Shown one piece after another: positions 27,906 to 32,000 of a stretch of DNA of 32,000 nucleotides. The notes under the pieces were generated by a model. The model was not told where the DNA came from. It was given only the letters and a program-made list of their open reading frames with translations, and did not search any database. The stretch's first letter is position 1. Each line of letters starts with the position of its first letter. The position numbers were made by a program, and so were the translations under genes. Source of the DNA: Candidatus Thorarchaeota archaeon (GTDB lineage: Archaea; Asgardarchaeota; Heimdallarchaeia; Hodarchaeales; Hodarchaeaceae); the NCBI GenBank assembly GCA_048882505.1, contig JBHLRO010000010.1:60001-92000 (forward strand), in the 5' to 3' direction.

Positions 27906-28586
27906 ATGAAAATTAATTTATATAAAATGGAACTAATAGATCATCAAAATAGGAATCGTATGGGTTCGGGGTTATTTTTTCAGATGGCACGTTCTACAAA
28001 AACAGTGATGTCAGTGGGGGGAGACGTGCTCGCTTTTGAATCAATCAATGGTCACGAAGAGAGGAAAACTGATGCTACTCTCTGTCCTATATCTGGGACT
28101 AACGGGCTCCCTCTTCGGAAAATAACAATGACGAACCACGTGCATCCTGCATATTGGGTCCATCTTACCGAAAATGGGTTTTATTTTTGCAGAGAGCGGA
28201 ATTGCCCTGTAATTTACTTTAATAACAAAACTAAGAGTTACTTTGGCCAGTCAGACCTGCGTGTTGCCGTAATGCAGAAAATGGAAATCCGAACAGAAGG
28301 GCGGCCAATGTGTTATTGTATGGGTGTTTTGGAAGAACAGATTCTTTATGAGCTTCTAATAAAAAAGTGTTGTGACTCTTTACAGGATATCAAAGAATAT
28401 ACAGGCGCGAATAAGGGGAAAGATTGCAGAATTACCAATCCAGCAGGCAGATGTTGTGGGGAATGGATTAAAGAAGTAGTGGACTGGGCCAAAAGTTCCC
28501 AACTTGATTTGGCGCCTTCTCTATTAGAAGAAGCTAATGCGCATTCTAGTGCGATAAATGAAAATTTAAATGGGGACAACAGATAG
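27906..28586 (+). CDS. CopZ N-terminal-like Zn / BFD-type [2Fe-2S] protein; true start probably later (e.g. GTG 28026)
   Basis: CPIS, YFCRERNCPVIYF, MCYC and CRITNPAGRCC cysteine pattern; no HMA MxCxxC domain. Confidence 0.82.
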   Translation: MKINLYKMELIDHQNRNRMGSGLFFQMARSTKTVMSVGGDVLAFESINGHEERKTDATLCPISGTNGLPLRKITMTNHVHPAYWVHLTENGFYFCRERNCPVIYFNNKTKSYFGQSDLRVAVMQKMEIRTEGRPMCYCMGVLEEQILYELLIKKCCDSLQDIKEYTGANKGKDCRITNPAGRCCGEWIKEVVDWAKSSQLDLAPSLLEEANAHSSAINENLNGDNR

Positions 28587-28631
28587 ACAACTGAAGGAGA
28601 TTTAACCGTTTAACTGTTATTCCAATTGCAA

Positions 28632-28760
28632 AGGAAACTAGATTCCAGCGAGTTTCCTATAGGGCCCAAATATACGACACATATATTAATTATAGACCTT
28701 TGAATTTTCCCGACCAGGTTTAAAGGATCTAATATTCCTAACCTTCAGGAGAACCCTGGT
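28632..28760 (+). promoter_or_regulatory. Inverted repeats in the thiB leader region
   Basis: AGGAAACT/AGTTTCCT (28632-39 / 28651-58); AGGTT..AGGA/TCCT-AACCT (28716-28744); ACCAGG/CCTGGT (28713-18 / 28755-60). Confidence 0.3.
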
Positions 28761-28808
28761 TAAATTACTTGCAGAATTGGAGACCTCCCAAAAATCAATT
28801 GTAAACGG

Positions 28809-30059
28809 ATGTGTTTGTATTTGAGCCGCTGCAAACCAAAATTGTATGTATTGACGGTATTATTGATATTTTACAGCTTAGCAGGCGCCCAAACTATTAA
28901 TTCTGTTAGTTTGCTTTCTCCGACTCGAGTCAATGCTTCACAGCTTGTAATTTATACCTACGAGAGTTTATTTAATGACCCATACTACGATCTGATCGGA
29001 AACTTCTCTGAGGTTTCGGGGATACCTCGTGATGATATCCAAATTACGAGATTAGGGGATGCTAATGATATAGTAACGCGATTACTTCTGGAGCAGAGCC
29101 AGGCTCAAGCAGATGTAGTGATTGGAATTGATAATGCACTGATTCACCTTATCGAAAATAAAAGCCAGCTCCTCGAAAAGTATACTCCCCCCAATATCAA
29201 CGAGCTCGATTCGAACTTAATCGCGAACCTGGATCCTGAAAAGTATCTCCTACCGTACGACTTTGGGATAATCGCGCTCTATTACTGGAACACAATAATC
29301 AATTCCTCTTCATACCCAGAAATTGGCAATATTACCTTGGACTCGTTTCTGGATTCCGATTTACTCTCTATGCTCATTGTTGAAAACCCAAAGTTCAGTA
29401 GTCCTGGATTAGGATTCCTTTTGTGGACAATTGCAGTATTCGGTGACCCTTTGGTGGATTTTGATGGAATGTTAAAGCAGGACTGGAGGACCTGGTGGCG
29501 AGCCGCCAACGATAGTCTTTTGATTACGAGATCCTGGGGAGATGCTTTTGATATCTTCTTTACACCGGAGGAAAACAGGCCATTAATGGTCTCTTACGGA
29601 ACGTCTCCAGCATACGGGTATTGCCAGTGGGGAGACAATACAACTTCTGCGATAGTCACTCACGAGAATGGAATGCCAAATGCATGGTTGCAAATCGAAG
29701 GAATTGGGCTTGTAAAAGATAGTCCCCATCCTGCGAACGGAAAAGCCTTTATTGACTGGTTCTTGGGAGCAGATCTTCAATCGGAACTGCCGGAACATCA
29801 ATGGATGTATCCTGCTAATACCGAAGCGAATCTTTCCACCTGTTTCCAGGAATCTACAATTGCACCGGAAAGCGTTAACCGTCTAAATGACTTGATTCCT
29901 CCCGCTATGTTAAGACAACATCTTGCCTATTGGCAAGATGAATGGGAAGGAGCAATAGTAGAAACGAGTCCTGGATTTGATACACCCACCACTTTCGTTA
30001 TCGTATTCCTTCTTGTCATCCCTATCCTAATTCGGAGGAAAGGTAAAAAAGAGCTGTAG
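28809..30059 (+). CDS. thiB: Thiamine ABC transporter substrate-binding protein with a PGF-CTERM-like anchor
   Basis: VIYTYESL, ADVVIGIDN, PYDFGIIAL, SSPGLGFLLWT, VSYGTSPAY, QIEGIG, QWMYPAN motifs; C-terminal PGF + TM + basic tail. Confidence 0.9.
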   Translation: MCLYLSRCKPKLYVLTVLLIFYSLAGAQTINSVSLLSPTRVNASQLVIYTYESLFNDPYYDLIGNFSEVSGIPRDDIQITRLGDANDIVTRLLLEQSQAQADVVIGIDNALIHLIENKSQLLEKYTPPNINELDSNLIANLDPEKYLLPYDFGIIALYYWNTIINSSSYPEIGNITLDSFLDSDLLSMLIVENPKFSSPGLGFLLWTIAVFGDPLVDFDGMLKQDWRTWWRAANDSLLITRSWGDAFDIFFTPEENRPLMVSYGTSPAYGYCQWGDNTTSAIVTHENGMPNAWLQIEGIGLVKDSPHPANGKAFIDWFLGADLQSELPEHQWMYPANTEANLSTCFQESTIAPESVNRLNDLIPPAMLRQHLAYWQDEWEGAIVETSPGFDTPTTFVIVFLLVIPILIRRKGKKEL

Positions 30060-30094
30060 CCTCACCTTTGATATAGATCCAAGGTAGTTAATCA

Positions 30095-31807
30095 ATGGCC
30101 GTGAATAAGGAGAGGGTGGAGCAGCTTGTAATTCTTTTTTTTCCCGTAATATTCTTGATTCTGTTTTTTCTTCTTCCCTTATTTCGTATTCTTCTCCTAG
30201 CTTTCCTCAATGAAAGAGAAAACGGATTTCTTGTCACCTTTCAGCATATTGTTGAAGTCTTATCGCATCCCCTTAATCGATACTTCTTATATTGGGATTT
30301 TCAGCAAGCAATCATCACTACAGGTCTATGTGTTATTCTTGGTATTCCTGGGAGCTATATTTTCACGAAATATCAATTTCCTGGAAAGAATCTTCTTCGC
30401 AATCTTATTACCATCCCGTTCATTCTCCCGCCCATCGTTGTTCTGATCGGTTTCATTGAGGTTTTTGGGCACGGAAGTCCAATTAACCAAATGTGGAGTG
30501 CCTTAACGGGTTCAATCTTGATTGAAATTTACAATAGCTATGAAGGTATCCTTTTGGCCCATGTTTTTTACAATATTCCCGTAATTATAAGGTTGACTGA
30601 AATTGGATGGAAAAATATCGACCCTGATCTAATAGCTGTTGCAAGAAGTCTGAGAGCATCAAAATTTCAAATCCTATGGCGAGTTCAGATACCCCATCTC
30701 CTTCCAATTACAGCAGCTGCCGCTCTCTTGGTATTTATTTATGCCTTCAACAGCTTTGCAATGGTTTTAGTCTTGGGGGGCGTACAGTACCAAACTCTAG
30801 AGGTTCGGATTTATTGGTTAGCAAAACAAACCAATTTTCCAGCTGCTGCCGCTTTAACTCTAGTCCAAATCTCTCTAAACTTAGTGATGATTATGTGCTA
30901 TCTTTATATTACAAAGAAGTATGAAATACCGATTTCCCCCCAATATCCCCGATATGAAAAGCCTCTTCTGTCTCGTTCCTTGAGTGTTAAGAAAGTTATT
31001 TCGATGATTACGGTCAGCATCTACTTCGCTCTAATCGGATTACTTTGCTTATATCCGATTTTTGGTGTTTTTTTAGTCTCTTTGTTTCCCAATGACCAAA
31101 TTTTCTCGTTAAATTCGTTTATACGCTTATTAGATCCTAATATACGAAGTTATATAGGGCTTCTTCCACTAGACATGGTGATGAATACCCTATTCTTTGG
31201 AGTAGCTGTAATGATCTTGGCCACATTGTTGGCTCTTCTCTTCAGTACAGGTATTGGTTATAGAACAACATACAAGACATCCTCGAATCGTTCCTTGACA
31301 ACAACGGTTGGTGAGATAGTAGTGATACTACCTTTGGCAATTTCCTCAATTACTTTGGCATTTTCAATCCTAACATTGTACCAAAACTCACCATTATACC
31401 GTGATTTCATCAGTTTAGCAATAATTATAGCCCATACACTAATCGCTTTTCCTTTTGCCTATCGCATACTTGCTGCTAAACAGGCAAACATAGACCCTTC
31501 TACGATTGGTGTTGCACGGAGTTTAGGCTCGTCTCGTTTTAACACATGGCTCAGAATTCAGGTTCCGCTGTTATTGACAGGAATCGTGGCGGCTGGTCTC
31601 TTTAGCTTCGCCATTTCTCTAGGGGAATTCGGGGCAACAACATTTTTGGCACGTGCCAATTTTGCCACAATTCCAGTAGGAATATATCGGCTGATCAATA
31701 CGCGAAATGTGGCCCCAGCGGCGGCCTTTTCCGTCATTCTCATCCTCCTTTCAACCATTAGCTTCATTATTATTGAGAAACTAGGACGCCTTGACTTTCG
31801 ATTCTAG
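30095..31807 (+). CDS. thiP: Thiamine/iron-type ABC permease with two EAA domains
   Basis: PFILPPIVV, LAHVFYNIP, ARSLRAS, second repeat AHTLIAFPF...ARSLGSS...SLGEFGAT; position downstream of thiB. Confidence 0.88.
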   Translation: MAVNKERVEQLVILFFPVIFLILFFLLPLFRILLLAFLNERENGFLVTFQHIVEVLSHPLNRYFLYWDFQQAIITTGLCVILGIPGSYIFTKYQFPGKNLLRNLITIPFILPPIVVLIGFIEVFGHGSPINQMWSALTGSILIEIYNSYEGILLAHVFYNIPVIIRLTEIGWKNIDPDLIAVARSLRASKFQILWRVQIPHLLPITAAAALLVFIYAFNSFAMVLVLGGVQYQTLEVRIYWLAKQTNFPAAAALTLVQISLNLVMIMCYLYITKKYEIPISPQYPRYEKPLLSRSLSVKKVISMITVSIYFALIGLLCLYPIFGVFLVSLFPNDQIFSLNSFIRLLDPNIRSYIGLLPLDMVMNTLFFGVAVMILATLLALLFSTGIGYRTTYKTSSNRSLTTTVGEIVVILPLAISSITLAFSILTLYQNSPLYRDFISLAIIIAHTLIAFPFAYRILAAKQANIDPSTIGVARSLGSSRFNTWLRIQVPLLLTGIVAAGLFSFAISLGEFGATTFLARANFATIPVGIYRLINTRNVAPAAAFSVILILLSTISFIIIEKLGRLDFRF

Positions 31808-31834
31808 CGCCGCAACATAACAAGGTGGAAAGAA

Positions 31835-32000
31835 CTGGCCTTCCTAGAAGTAGAGAACCTATATTTCAGATATAACAAGACATGGGTGCTCAATGGAATT
31901 TCTTTGGAAGGGAGCGAAGGTGAACTTTTAGCTCTTGTCGGACCATCTGGCTGCGGAAAAACTACTTTGCTAAGAATCCTTGTAGGTATCTTAACACCTC
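31835..32000 (+). CDS. thiQ: ABC ATP-binding subunit (ThiQ-like), partial; predicted CTG start
   Basis: (L/M)[48 protein letters not shown]; SD AGGTGG at 31823-31828. Not in the ORF track. Confidence 0.85.
   Translation, partial: MAFLEVENLYFRYNKTWVLNGISLEGSEGELLALVGPSGCGKTTLLRILVGILTP

Noticed and set aside
28590-28808. Canonical TPP riboswitch upstream of thiB
   Set aside because: Conserved CUGAGA and ACCUGAU core segments not found by eye.
2973-31767. Many short track ORFs antisense to or nested in long genes (e.g. 6066-6614, 8216-8539, 15115-15429, 17539-17868, 20976-21362, 22858-23163, 30210-30446)
   Set aside because: Shadow frames of well-supported genes, with no motifs or SD support.

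Overview
A gene-dense 32 kb window that looks archaeal: GGTGA/GGAGG Shine-Dalgarno (SD) sites, TATA-like boxes, TrpB2, a stand-alone Lrp/AsnC domain and a PGF-CTERM-like tail. An Asgard/Heimdallarchaeia-like origin is my inference from the gene repertoire and is not proven. Contents in order: penicillin-acylase-family Ntn hydrolase; membrane protein + winged-helix regulator; 1,084-aa GNAT-fusion protein behind an ABC-2 exporter operon; a secreted beta-helix (NosD/CASH) protein flanked by an intact and a decayed copy of one unknown gene; wHTH protein/MFS pair; SAM methyltransferase; MBL-fold hydrolase; thiolase; split COG0645 + COG2187 kinase pair; SPFH and adenine-deaminase remnants; an orphan gene; TrpB2; TPR + XPD/DinG-like Fe-S helicase; Lrp domain; CopZ-N-like Zn/2Fe-2S protein; thiBPQ-like ABC importer. 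I saw no rRNA, tRNA, CRISPR array, transposase or integrase. The strongest non-obvious signal is three genes that appear to start at non-canonical codons (CTG, ATA, CTG), each correctly spaced from an SD-like site. All family calls come from motif recognition by eye; no database search was run.
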